Shown here: positions 42,777 to 51,945 of the stretch, piece after piece | Position numbering within the stretch: the first letter of the stretch is position 1 | How the letters are laid out: each line of letters begins with the position of its first letter | Assembly: GCA_963695345.1 (NCBI GenBank) | Contig: OY968769.1 | Location: forward strand, 512,001-576,000 | Direction: 5' to 3' | Length of the DNA stretch: 64,000 bases | Source of the DNA: an uncultured Methanomassiliicoccales archaeon | Lineage (GTDB): Archaea; Thermoplasmatota; Thermoplasmata; Methanomassiliicoccales; UBA472 | The notes under the pieces: model-generated | Database searches by the model: none | What the model was told of the DNA's origin: nothing | The model's input: the letters and a program-made list of their open reading frames with translations, nothing else | Translations under genes and position numbers: made by a program

Positions 42777-44039
42777 ATGTTGGACGTATCGGTCATCAGG
42801 GAGAATCCCGATAAGATTAGGGAGATGCTGAAGAACAGGAACTACCCGGAAGAGCTGCTCGACAAGTTCCTGGAGATTGACAATGAATGGAGACGGCTGA
42901 TCGACGAGTCGAACCAGCTCAAGAGGAAGCGGAACGAGGCATCGCACCAGATCCCGAAGCTCAAGGGGGACGAGAAGTCGAAACTGGTCTCGGAGATGAA
43001 GGACGTGGCGACCGCGATCAATCGGATCGACGCCAAGGTCACCGAGCTGGAGAATGCCCGGAACGAAGTGGTGCTCCTCATACCCAACATCCCCGATGCC
43101 ACCGTCCCGATCGGGATCTGTTACGACAACAACCAGGCCATTAGAACGTATGGCAAGGAGCGCTCCTTCGACTTCACGCCCAAGGACCATATCCAGATAG
43201 GTGAGGATCTGGACATCATCGACTTCAACCGCGGCACCAAGATCGCCGGTAGCGGGTTCTATGTCCTGAAGGGGGACGGGGCCAGGCTCGAGAGGGCGCT
43301 CATCAACTACATGCTGGACCTGCATCACCAGCAGGGTTACAAGGAGATATTCCCGCCGGTGGTCGTCAACCGCAACGCCGTCATCGGCACCGGTCAGTAC
43401 CCGAAGATGGCGGAGGACATGTACTGGTGCGAGAGGGACGACCTGTGGCTCAATCCGACCGCGGAGGTCCCGGTCACCAACCTGCTGCAGGACGAGATCC
43501 TGGAGAAGGACCAATTGCCGATTTACTATACCGCTTACCTGCCGTCGTTCCGGCGCGAGGCCGGCCGCCACGCGGAGATGAAAGGCATCATCCGAGTCCA
43601 CGAGTTCAACAAGGTGGAACTGGTCAAGTTCGTGCATCCGGAGGGATCCTATGCCGAGCTGGAGACCCTATTGGCCGACGCGGAGGCCGTACTGGCCGGT
43701 CTGGAACTGCCATACCGCGTGCTGCTGCTTTGCACCGGGGATATGGGTTTCGCATCGGCGAAGACCTACGATATCGAGTCGCACGCTCCCGGGACGGGAA
43801 AGTGGCTGGAATGCTCTTCATGCAGCTGCTTCACCGATTTCCAGGCGCGCCGGGCCAGGATCAAGTTCCGCCCCGAACCGCACCTGAAGAGCGAGTTCGT
43901 CCATACCCTGAACGGCTCTGGCGTCGCTCTACCCCGTACCATGGTATCCGTCCTGGAGAACAACCAGCAGAAGGATGGGACGATCGTGATACCGCAAGTT
44001 CTGCGCAGATACATGCAAGGGCAGGAACTCATCGAGTAA
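42777..44039 (+). CDS. serS: Seryl-tRNA synthetase (bacterial-type)
   Basis: PTAEVP, FRREAG, RVHEFNKVE, SSCSCFTDFQARR, HTLNGSG. Confidence 0.97.
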   Translation: MLDVSVIRENPDKIREMLKNRNYPEELLDKFLEIDNEWRRLIDESNQLKRKRNEASHQIPKLKGDEKSKLVSEMKDVATAINRIDAKVTELENARNEVVLLIPNIPDATVPIGICYDNNQAIRTYGKERSFDFTPKDHIQIGEDLDIIDFNRGTKIAGSGFYVLKGDGARLERALINYMLDLHHQQGYKEIFPPVVVNRNAVIGTGQYPKMAEDMYWCERDDLWLNPTAEVPVTNLLQDEILEKDQLPIYYTAYLPSFRREAGRHAEMKGIIRVHEFNKVELVKFVHPEGSYAELETLLADAEAVLAGLELPYRVLLLCTGDMGFASAKTYDIESHAPGTGKWLECSSCSCFTDFQARRARIKFRPEPHLKSEFVHTLNGSGVALPRTMVSVLENNQQKDGTIVIPQVLRRYMQGQELIE

Positions 44040-44399
44040 GCCCAAAAACCCCTTTCCATCCTTTCTTCAAACTTACTAACGGCGTCACCTTGTTGAGGTA
44101 ACTCCCTCACGATCATGCTCCAGCGCACAGACCTGTGGCAGATTCGATCCTCGAAAACCATGTGATTTTCATCATCTGTAAAGGTCCACTTTTGGAACAA
44201 TTGCTACTCGCCGCCTTCGGTAAATTCATCCAGCCCATGATTATCCATGTGAACGATCTGTTCTGTGCCAGTTTTTTTCTGAAATTATCGGCGATCGGTC
44301 AGTCTAAGCAAATCAATGCTCCACCGATTCCCATTGTCAATTAATCAAATCTAATTTCAAAAGAAAGGAAAGAGGAATGAAAATGTTTGGGAAGAAGGA

Positions 44400-44750
44400 T
44401 TACTTCTTGCCCTTTGCCTTCTTTGCGGCTGGCTTCGGTGCCGGCTTGGCTGCTGGCTTCGCCGCGGGTTTCGCTGCCGGCTTGGCTGCCTTCTTCGGCT
44501 TCTCCTCGACCTCAACGGCCTCTTCGACCTCGCATCCGCATCCTTCGGCTTCGCCCTCATCGACGTATCCGAGGAAGTCGAACATGTCTTCCTCGAGTGC
44601 CTTCAGGACCTCCAGTGCGTCCTCGCCCTTTCCCTCTTCCAGCATGTCAATTGCCTGGGAGAGAACATCGAGCATGTCCTCCATCGAGCAGTCCAGAATA
44701 TCGAATATCTCAGGGAACGACAGTTCCATGTTCTCGTCTTCCTTTGCCAT
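44400..44750 (-). CDS. Acidic small protein with a basic (KPAA)n histone-H1-like tail
   Basis: D/E-rich helices, CGC, then KPKKAAKPAAKPAAKPAAKPAPKPAAKKAKGKK; AGGTGA SD. Confidence 0.75.
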   Translation of the reverse strand: MAKEDENMELSFPEIFDILDCSMEDMLDVLSQAIDMLEEGKGEDALEVLKALEEDMFDFLGYVDEGEAEGCGCEVEEAVEVEEKPKKAAKPAAKPAAKPAAKPAPKPAAKKAKGKK

Positions 44751-44872
44751 ATGATTCACCTTGTTTGGAATAGTGACCCACTATAATTAATATCTCTCTT
44801 TGAGGAATCGGGGAACCTTGCCAGTCCGGTGGCGGAGGGACCCGACTGCCAAATTAATAAACCCATCAGCGG

Positions 44873-45442
44873 ATGTCATCATCAATGCCACATCAGTTCG
44901 ATGCCGGAAACAAAGGAATGCTCAAAGGCTTGCGTAGGCGAGAGGTCCAGCCAGCCGAAGAGATAGTAGAAAGGGCATCGCCTGACGCCGGAGATCTATG
45001 TGCGGACCTGGGCGCTGGAACGGGTTACATCACCATCCCCCTCTCAGCCACGGTGAGGGCAGTTGTCGCCCTTGACTCACAGCGGGAGATGCTCGACTCC
45101 CTTGAGGCAAGCCTCGAGGAGGGGCAGGGGAACAATATTTGGCCGGTGGTCGGTGAGCTTCCCGAGCTTCCGTTTGCGGACGCTTCCATGGACCGGATCT
45201 TTGTTATCAACGTCCTGCACGAATTCGAGGACCGGGACCGGCTGGTCGAGGAGATAAGAAGGGCCCTCAGGAAAGGAGGGCGGGTCTCATTGGTCGACTT
45301 CCAAAAAAGACCGACCAGCTTTGGCCCCCCGGTGGACGAGAGGATCGACATCGGCGATATCGAGGCGATATTCACCGGGTTCACGTCCTTGGAGAGCTGG
45401 AGCTTCGAGGAGTTCTACCAGTTCGAGCTCGCAAGGGACTGA
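44873..45442 (+). CDS. Class I SAM-dependent methyltransferase
   Basis: ADLGAGTGY, LPFADASMD, VLHE, FGPP. Confidence 0.88.
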   Translation: MSSSMPHQFDAGNKGMLKGLRRREVQPAEEIVERASPDAGDLCADLGAGTGYITIPLSATVRAVVALDSQREMLDSLEASLEEGQGNNIWPVVGELPELPFADASMDRIFVINVLHEFEDRDRLVEEIRRALRKGGRVSLVDFQKRPTSFGPPVDERIDIGDIEAIFTGFTSLESWSFEEFYQFELARD

Positions 45443-46768
45443 TCACTCAAACAGGGCTTCGTGTCCAGCGGCGTGGAATGCGTCCTGGATGCGGAATATC
45501 AGCTCGGACTTCAGCTGCCTTGCGTTAAGACTGTCGGTTACGTGGGCCCTGACCTCATACTGGATCGTACCTTTCTCGATCCCGGTGGCGATGACCTCCG
45601 CGACAGGTTCTTTCACTATACCAAGGACCTTACCGACCGCGTCACGGATCATCTTCTCGACCTCGCCATGCGAGATGGAGAAGTCCACCTCGAACCTGAC
45701 GGTTATGGCATGGGCCACCGACCTGGAGTAGTTGTAGATCTTGTCGTCTATGATCTTGATGTTGGGGAAGTCCACGAAATCGCCCTCCATGGTCTTCACC
45801 TCGGTGAACATGAGGTTCTTCTGGACCACGTCACACTCCAGGTCGCCGCCGATATTGATGCGGTCACCGACCTCGAACGGGCTGGAATCCATGATCGCCA
45901 ACCCGGCATAGATATTGCGTATCGTGGAATAGGAAAACGAGACACCTACCAGGATGACGGACGTGATGAGGATGACCAGGATCAGCCCGATCTCAGCCAG
46001 GTTGAACAGCGAGAATATCGAGAACACGATGGTGAGGAAGGCGATGGTCCATAGCGAATACCCAATGACCGTACGGAACAGGTCAATGACCTGGGGGTTG
46101 AACTTCTTGGTGCGGTACTTGAAATCCTCCAATACCTCTCCGATGAGGCGCATGACCAGGAAGATGGCGACGATGATGACGATGATGGTCCCGACCACCG
46201 TGCCGTTCTTGTTCAGGAAATCCGTGGTTGCCTGGAGAGGGTTGAGGGTAGGGATAAGGGCGATGATTATGATCAAAGTCAGGATGACGGCTATCAGGTA
46301 AACGACGTAGCTCATGATCAGGCTGGTCATCTCTTTGTTCGATCGGCTGAAGGCTGCGACCTCCCTCTTCGCCATCCGTTCCTGCTTCGCGATCCGTCTC
46401 AGGATGTGGACGATCAGCATCGCCACCAGGACGATCACCGCTATGATGATCACGTCGATGATAACGTTGAGGTACGGCGTCCACAGCCGGTCCTTGAAAT
46501 CCTGCCATACCAGGGATGCGACATACCCCGATAGGAACAGCAGAAAAATGATGATCACCGTCTTGACCATACGACCAAGGAAATAGACCACCTCGGAGTC
46601 CAGGTACTTGCCCTCCCTGGACGCCATCCTGTCGAAGGCCTTCGACACATAGGACCACACGTAGAGCGATACCACGAATATCGCCGTGACGAACAGCAGG
46701 GCCCACCCATACGTATCCATCCAAGCGTCGCCGGTGGCCAGTGGCACGTTCGACAATCCCATCAGCAT
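45443..46768 (-). CDS. MscS-family mechanosensitive channel with an extended TM region
   Basis: NIYAGLAI..PFEVGDRI, FPN, IYNYSR and the C-terminal MscS domain; multiple N-terminal TMs. Confidence 0.85.
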   Translation of the reverse strand: MLMGLSNVPLATGDAWMDTYGWALLFVTAIFVVSLYVWSYVSKAFDRMASREGKYLDSEVVYFLGRMVKTVIIIFLLFLSGYVASLVWQDFKDRLWTPYLNVIIDVIIIAVIVLVAMLIVHILRRIAKQERMAKREVAAFSRSNKEMTSLIMSYVVYLIAVILTLIIIIALIPTLNPLQATTDFLNKNGTVVGTIIVIIVAIFLVMRLIGEVLEDFKYRTKKFNPQVIDLFRTVIGYSLWTIAFLTIVFSIFSLFNLAEIGLILVILITSVILVGVSFSYSTIRNIYAGLAIMDSSPFEVGDRINIGGDLECDVVQKNLMFTEVKTMEGDFVDFPNIKIIDDKIYNYSRSVAHAITVRFEVDFSISHGEVEKMIRDAVGKVLGIVKEPVAEVIATGIEKGTIQYEVRAHVTDSLNARQLKSELIFRIQDAFHAAGHEALFE

Positions 46769-46830
46769 GTTCCTGAGTATCCTACACCGGTGATTTCTAG
46801 TTTGTTGTGGTAGTGGGAGGGAAAACAGTT

Positions 46831-49800
46831 CTATGCCGTGCTGGTCACCGACCCTTTCAGTAGCCACACGTCGACCATCGAGCCGATGCCTCGGAGCTTG
46901 ACATTCTGCAGCAGAGAGGCGGGAATGCCCGAAATCAGAACGCCGTACGTCGCCTGCGGTCTGCCCAGGTCTTTGCCCATGACCGCTCCCACGGATGCCA
47001 GGTTGACCTTGACCACCGCCGACATCTTCACCATCAACGGCGATTTGCCCAGGATGCCTGGAAGTCCGATCCTGCAGAAGGCGCTGAGACCGATCCAGGT
47101 GTTCTCGCATAGCCGTTCCACCGACAGGGACGAAAGCAGCGGGGCCATCGGGTTGAGCAGGTTCCTCATCACCTCCACGATGGCGCTCCCGAACCAGTGC
47201 AACGCCTCACGGACGAAACCGTTGGTCACGGAAAGGGACAGCCGGAAGCCTCCACCGGATGCTCCAGCCTGGTCGGTGATGCTCACCTCGACATAGACGG
47301 CGATCTCGATGATGGAGTCGATCACATAGTCAGCAAGGTTCTCCAGAAGGTTCTCGATGCTTGCCCTTATGGTGAGCGCTATGCCGTCCGCACTGGACCC
47401 TGCGGCCGTCATCAGGTCAAGGCTCTGCACCAACGCGTCGGTGATCATCTCGACGAAGGACTGGGAGGTGCTCGGGTCATACCGCCAGTGGGCATTGGCC
47501 GAGTTCTTGGTGGCGGTGCGGAACTCCCAACGGTCGGAGCCATCGAACGAACGCTGCCATGATCTCGCATCATCTTTGGTGTCCACGGTCCAGGGGGTGG
47601 AATCGATCCGTCCGCCGGAGCTGTCGCGGAGCACCACCGATTCCATGATAGGGAACTTCCCCTCGCCCTGATTGTCCAAGGCCTGTCCGGTGAATGTGTA
47701 CACCAGACGGGCGTGAGGCATGAGCAGGACATCCCCCAGGTCGTCACAGCGCTGCACCCCGTGCATGGTCTCGATTGTCCAGCCGGACAGACTCACCGCA
47801 TCGGCGGTCGGATTGAATATCTCCACCCATTCGTGTCCGGAATCGGTTCCACGAGGGTTCTGCTCATACTCGTTGATCATGACGTGGTCCATGCTGGGCT
47901 CAGCGTACTTGAAGACGAAACCGGCATCGATCGCACCCTTCAGCCCAGGGATCGGCAGGATTATGTTGGAAAGGACCTGCCCGAATCCAGGCAGGTCCGA
48001 GAGGGCCAACGAAACCTGGTCATATCGGACGATCTCGGGCATGACCACCTCGACCACGCAGTCAGCCATGATCCCTTTGATCTCGATCATGTGCTCGAAG
48101 ACGTCCATGAACGGGTCCAGCACCAGGGTCATCGTCCAGTCCTCAGATCTCAGAGTGGCGTTCGAGAGCAGCGTGAACTGGCCGTCAGGAAGCAGGCACA
48201 TCCGCGTGGTAACGGATATGGAGCTGCCCAGTAGCCCTGTCCACATGGTCATCTTCAGCAGGCTCTTGGCGGAACCCAGGGCCAGGTCGGCAACGTTGGT
48301 CTCGAGGCGGAACTTCAGGCCGAATATGTCCATGTCGCGCGAGACCGTGCCGATCTGTTCTGCAATCGCTCCGGAGATCCACTGGAATGGACCTATCAAC
48401 GCGATCCTGACGAAATCCTGAACCGAGGAGATCAACGCCTGCATCACGGAGGAGAGGGCTTTGACCACCTCGGAGCAGAAGGAGATCAGCTTTTCGATCA
48501 GACCCTGCATTGAGTCGAAGAGCCTGGAGACGCCGTCACATATCACCTTGACACCATCAACTATCCACTGCCATACCGACCGAAGCAGGTCCCCTATGTC
48601 GCCCCATAGAGTGGCGGTGGGGAGGTACTCGATCCCGGCAAGCGCCCAGCCGCTCTGCAGGGAGATCGTGAACTGGGATTCGAAAGAGATCTTATCCTTC
48701 GTGCTCGAACCGTTGAGAAGCTCGATCAGCGGATCCGAGATGGCGGACGTCAAGGCCAATGATATCGAACCCTTCAGCGATATGCCCCACTGGCTGGTGA
48801 ACGGGGTCCAGGAGCAGTTGCCGATATCCACCGAATGCTGGTTCGGATAGAGGGATGAGGAATGGTCATACTGGTAGGGCTGAACGATATCCACCGCCAG
48901 GTCGGATATCCCGTTCCGGTCGATGTTCGTGGCTATGGCCAGGCACTCTCTAATTTCCCTCCCTCCCTCTGACTGGATGGTGAAACCGGCTTCGACAGGG
49001 ATGGCGATGGTGACCCGCTCGGACCGGGCGATCTCCGAGTCGGACAGGTCCTTGAGCAGTACCAACGTGAAACGGTCCAGCATGGCCTCCAGTCCGGGTA
49101 TGACCATGAACAGCCCTTGGGAAAGCATTCGGACGTTCTCGATCAACCTGGAGTGCTCGGGGCTGGGTTCACTGAAGGTCAGGTTGAAGATCCCTCTTAC
49201 CTTCGATATCTCCAGGTCGAATCCCGAGCACAGGCGACCGTTGATCCATGAAGTGTCCTGCCGGATGATCGCGGCGGTGCTCCTGATGTTCTCTTCGTAA
49301 TAAAGGCCGTTCATATCGGGGGTGCGCGAGCTGGCATCATCGACCATTTTCCCGGCGATGACCATCACCGAGCCGTTCAGGCTGTCCGAACGGTGGAACA
49401 TCGCTTCCCAGTTGTCATCCAGATAGTTTAGGAGCGCCTCTGACATTCCATCGACGATACCGTCCAGGGTGGAGCGGTTGAAGGCACTGGCGAACCATGA
49501 TCCCTGGCCCGATATTACCCCGTTCAATGCGGAAGAGAACTGGTCAAGGTAGTTCTGCGAATCCCTTGGGTCCAGCGACATGCGCGATACCGGCAGGTCC
49601 GAGGCACTGGAGATGCCCAGGGCCACGCTCTTGACGAAGTACTGGAGCTGGGCGGCCAACTGGTGGGTCCCCTGCGAATACTGGACGTAGAACTGCTTCC
49701 ATTCCTCGAAGGTAAAGATATCCTCGACGGGAAAGTCAACGTTCACGCTTCCCGATACCCGGACCTGGACGGATTGTCCGGTATCGTTGATGAGGGTGAG

Positions 49801-51066
49801 CGAACGGGCCGGTATCACCAAACCCAGGTCAATGGCCGATTTGTGGACGAACCGGTAGCTGTCCTCGCCGTAGCCTGCCTCGGCCATCCTCCGGCCTAGC
49901 CAGGAAATGACCTTCTCCTGAACCAGGTCCTTGCCCAGGCACTTGTCGACGAGATCTGCCAGAAGCATGCTGCCTTTCTCGACCAGCTCCTCGACCCCGT
50001 TGACGATATCGATTATGCCCAGATAGTCCAACCATCGCAGGACGATCACATCCGAAGCGGCATACAGGCTTTGTGCCAGTACCGACCTTAGGTCGTAGCC
50101 GCCGGCGCCGTAGAGGCTGAGGAACAGGTCGGCCGGGTCGAGATCGCCCCCCTCGGCCAGGTCACCGATGAAGGACCTCGCCCCGGGCTGGTCACCGGTC
50201 AGGTTCAGGAGCGCCAACATGGATGGGTCGACGGTGCGGAGGTACTTCCTTTCCAGTAAAAGGGTGGCAACGTTGACGGCGTTTTCCACATCGGTCTCCG
50301 TGACGATGGAGGATGTGCCTTTCAGACCATCTCTGCTCCCCATCCCGTAGCCGTTGATGACCCTGAGCTGTGCCAGGGCGGTCAGTTCATAACGGACGAT
50401 CTTCTCGAACTCGGTGAGGCCCGATCCAAAGGCGGAGGAGAGGGCCTCGGCGCGGTTCAGCAGGAACGGGAGCGGGACCAGAATGCTGCGGCCCACTTCC
50501 ACCACCTTGGCCAGGACGTCGGAGCCGACCGAGACGTTTACGGTCATGTTCCCCGCCAGGGCGAAATAGACGGGAACGGATGAACCGGCCAGGTCGAGAA
50601 CGGTATCTGCTAGGGCGGCCGGATAGAGGTCCTGGGCCGGAAGGCGCAGGAACATCAGGGTCAGATGGCTGGTGTTGACATGGACCAGATAGGGCCCGGA
50701 TACCGAGGGATACCGGGACCCGCTGTCCTTCCGCTCGGCGCTCAGAAAGCGCTCCATCAGCTCGGTCTCGTTCCGCACCCCGGCCTTCACCTGGTCAAGG
50801 GCGATAGCGTATGCGATGTTCTCCGCCTCATCGGCCGCTTTGGCGGAAGCCAGTTCCAACCGTTTGAGGACATCCTGTGACATCGAGGCCCGGCGATCCC
50901 GCTCCCCCATCTGGGAATAGACCGCGACAGAGGCACCGGAAATGACGAGCACCAGGACCGCGGCGATCGCGAATGACATCTGACCCATCCGCGATTCGCT
51001 CAATGAACGACGACCGATCCCACGGGGCCTTCGGTGAAGAATGGTGACCTTGGCTTTCATCGCCAT
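46831..51066 (-). CDS. Giant pilin-like protein with a lamin-tail domain (about 1,411 aa)
   Basis: Basic leader then G|QMSFAIAAVLVLV; LTD motif VMINEYEQNPRGTDSGHEWVEIFNPT...LSGWTI...LDNQGE..VVLRD. Confidence 0.75.
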   Translation of the reverse strand: MAMKAKVTILHRRPRGIGRRSLSESRMGQMSFAIAAVLVLVISGASVAVYSQMGERDRRASMSQDVLKRLELASAKAADEAENIAYAIALDQVKAGVRNETELMERFLSAERKDSGSRYPSVSGPYLVHVNTSHLTLMFLRLPAQDLYPAALADTVLDLAGSSVPVYFALAGNMTVNVSVGSDVLAKVVEVGRSILVPLPFLLNRAEALSSAFGSGLTEFEKIVRYELTALAQLRVINGYGMGSRDGLKGTSSIVTETDVENAVNVATLLLERKYLRTVDPSMLALLNLTGDQPGARSFIGDLAEGGDLDPADLFLSLYGAGGYDLRSVLAQSLYAASDVIVLRWLDYLGIIDIVNGVEELVEKGSMLLADLVDKCLGKDLVQEKVISWLGRRMAEAGYGEDSYRFVHKSAIDLGLVIPARSLTLINDTGQSVQVRVSGSVNVDFPVEDIFTFEEWKQFYVQYSQGTHQLAAQLQYFVKSVALGISSASDLPVSRMSLDPRDSQNYLDQFSSALNGVISGQGSWFASAFNRSTLDGIVDGMSEALLNYLDDNWEAMFHRSDSLNGSVMVIAGKMVDDASSRTPDMNGLYYEENIRSTAAIIRQDTSWINGRLCSGFDLEISKVRGIFNLTFSEPSPEHSRLIENVRMLSQGLFMVIPGLEAMLDRFTLVLLKDLSDSEIARSERVTIAIPVEAGFTIQSEGGREIRECLAIATNIDRNGISDLAVDIVQPYQYDHSSSLYPNQHSVDIGNCSWTPFTSQWGISLKGSISLALTSAISDPLIELLNGSSTKDKISFESQFTISLQSGWALAGIEYLPTATLWGDIGDLLRSVWQWIVDGVKVICDGVSRLFDSMQGLIEKLISFCSEVVKALSSVMQALISSVQDFVRIALIGPFQWISGAIAEQIGTVSRDMDIFGLKFRLETNVADLALGSAKSLLKMTMWTGLLGSSISVTTRMCLLPDGQFTLLSNATLRSEDWTMTLVLDPFMDVFEHMIEIKGIMADCVVEVVMPEIVRYDQVSLALSDLPGFGQVLSNIILPIPGLKGAIDAGFVFKYAEPSMDHVMINEYEQNPRGTDSGHEWVEIFNPTADAVSLSGWTIETMHGVQRCDDLGDVLLMPHARLVYTFTGQALDNQGEGKFPIMESVVLRDSSGGRIDSTPWTVDTKDDARSWQRSFDGSDRWEFRTATKNSANAHWRYDPSTSQSFVEMITDALVQSLDLMTAAGSSADGIALTIRASIENLLENLADYVIDSIIEIAVYVEVSITDQAGASGGGFRLSLSVTNGFVREALHWFGSAIVEVMRNLLNPMAPLLSSLSVERLCENTWIGLSAFCRIGLPGILGKSPLMVKMSAVVKVNLASVGAVMGKDLGRPQATYGVLISGIPASLLQNVKLRGIGSMVDVWLLKGSVTSTA

Positions 51067-51110
51067 AGCCACCGTGGGATTTCGCTTTAAGGGCTAAAGC
51101 TACATGCAGA

Positions 51111-51866
51111 TTACATATCCCGCCGGTTCGCTCCGTCCTTCTCGATCGCCATGCGCATGAACCGCTCCAAATGCTCGGCGATGAACGGGTTGTCCGAGAA
51201 CCCGCACAGCTCCAGATCGGGCGAGGCTATCATGGCCATTTCCCCGTCGGTAATTATATCAGTGGCCAGCAGGTCGGCCTTTCGATGAACCTCCGACGAT
51301 TCGGGGACCTTGGCCCCGGGCAAGGTGATTACCACTATCTTCACCCCCCGGTTCATCGCATCCTTGAACAGCTGACCGTGCACGCCACGTATCTCCGCGA
51401 TCACCGGAGAGGATATCATTATGGTCCGTTTGGCGGACTCGATCATGTCCCCGATCTTGGCCATGACCCTCTTCTTGTCGATTATGGTGAAGACCAGCTG
51501 AGGGGTCCCCTTCTCGCTCAGCATGCCCTTGATCGAGGCGAGCTTGTCGAACATCTCATTGAGTTCCTTGAGCGTGCGTGCCCGGACCTCCTCGACCGGG
51601 ACCGGATGATACGTGGTCGGCCGGCCGACGGTGGCGGTCACGTAATTCTTCTCTTCCAGCGAACGCAACGCCTTATACACCGAGGTTCGGGGCAGCATCG
51701 ATACGTCGGAGAGCTCATCGGCGGTGGCATGATTCTTGACCACTAGGGCTACGTAGGACCGGGCTTCATAGTCGGAGAGACCTAATTTCTCCAGAACCGA
51801 TGCGAGTTTCCTGTATTCTGTTTCAAGTTCTCGAAGGTCCAGTCGTAGAATGTCCATCAGATTCAT
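51111..51866 (-). CDS. TrmB-family transcriptional regulator
   Basis: LGLSDYEARSYVAL, PRTSVYKALRSLEEK, GRPTTY and a PLD-like effector domain. Confidence 0.9.
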   Translation of the reverse strand: MNLMDILRLDLRELETEYRKLASVLEKLGLSDYEARSYVALVVKNHATADELSDVSMLPRTSVYKALRSLEEKNYVTATVGRPTTYHPVPVEEVRARTLKELNEMFDKLASIKGMLSEKGTPQLVFTIIDKKRVMAKIGDMIESAKRTIMISSPVIAEIRGVHGQLFKDAMNRGVKIVVITLPGAKVPESSEVHRKADLLATDIITDGEMAMIASPDLELCGFSDNPFIAEHLERFMRMAIEKDGANRRDM

Positions 51867-51875
51867 AGCATCATT

Positions 51876-51894
51876 TGTAGCTAATCAAGCTACA
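51876..51894. promoter_or_regulatory. Perfect palindrome TGTAGCT-N5-AGCTACA between trmB and tes
   Basis: TGTAGCTAATCAAGCTACA adjacent to the shared AT-rich TAAGTATTAAAT element. Confidence 0.65.
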
Positions 51895-51945
51895 TAAGTA
51901 TTAAATCCTTTTTCACGGTACGCTGACTATAAATCGGGGACCTTC

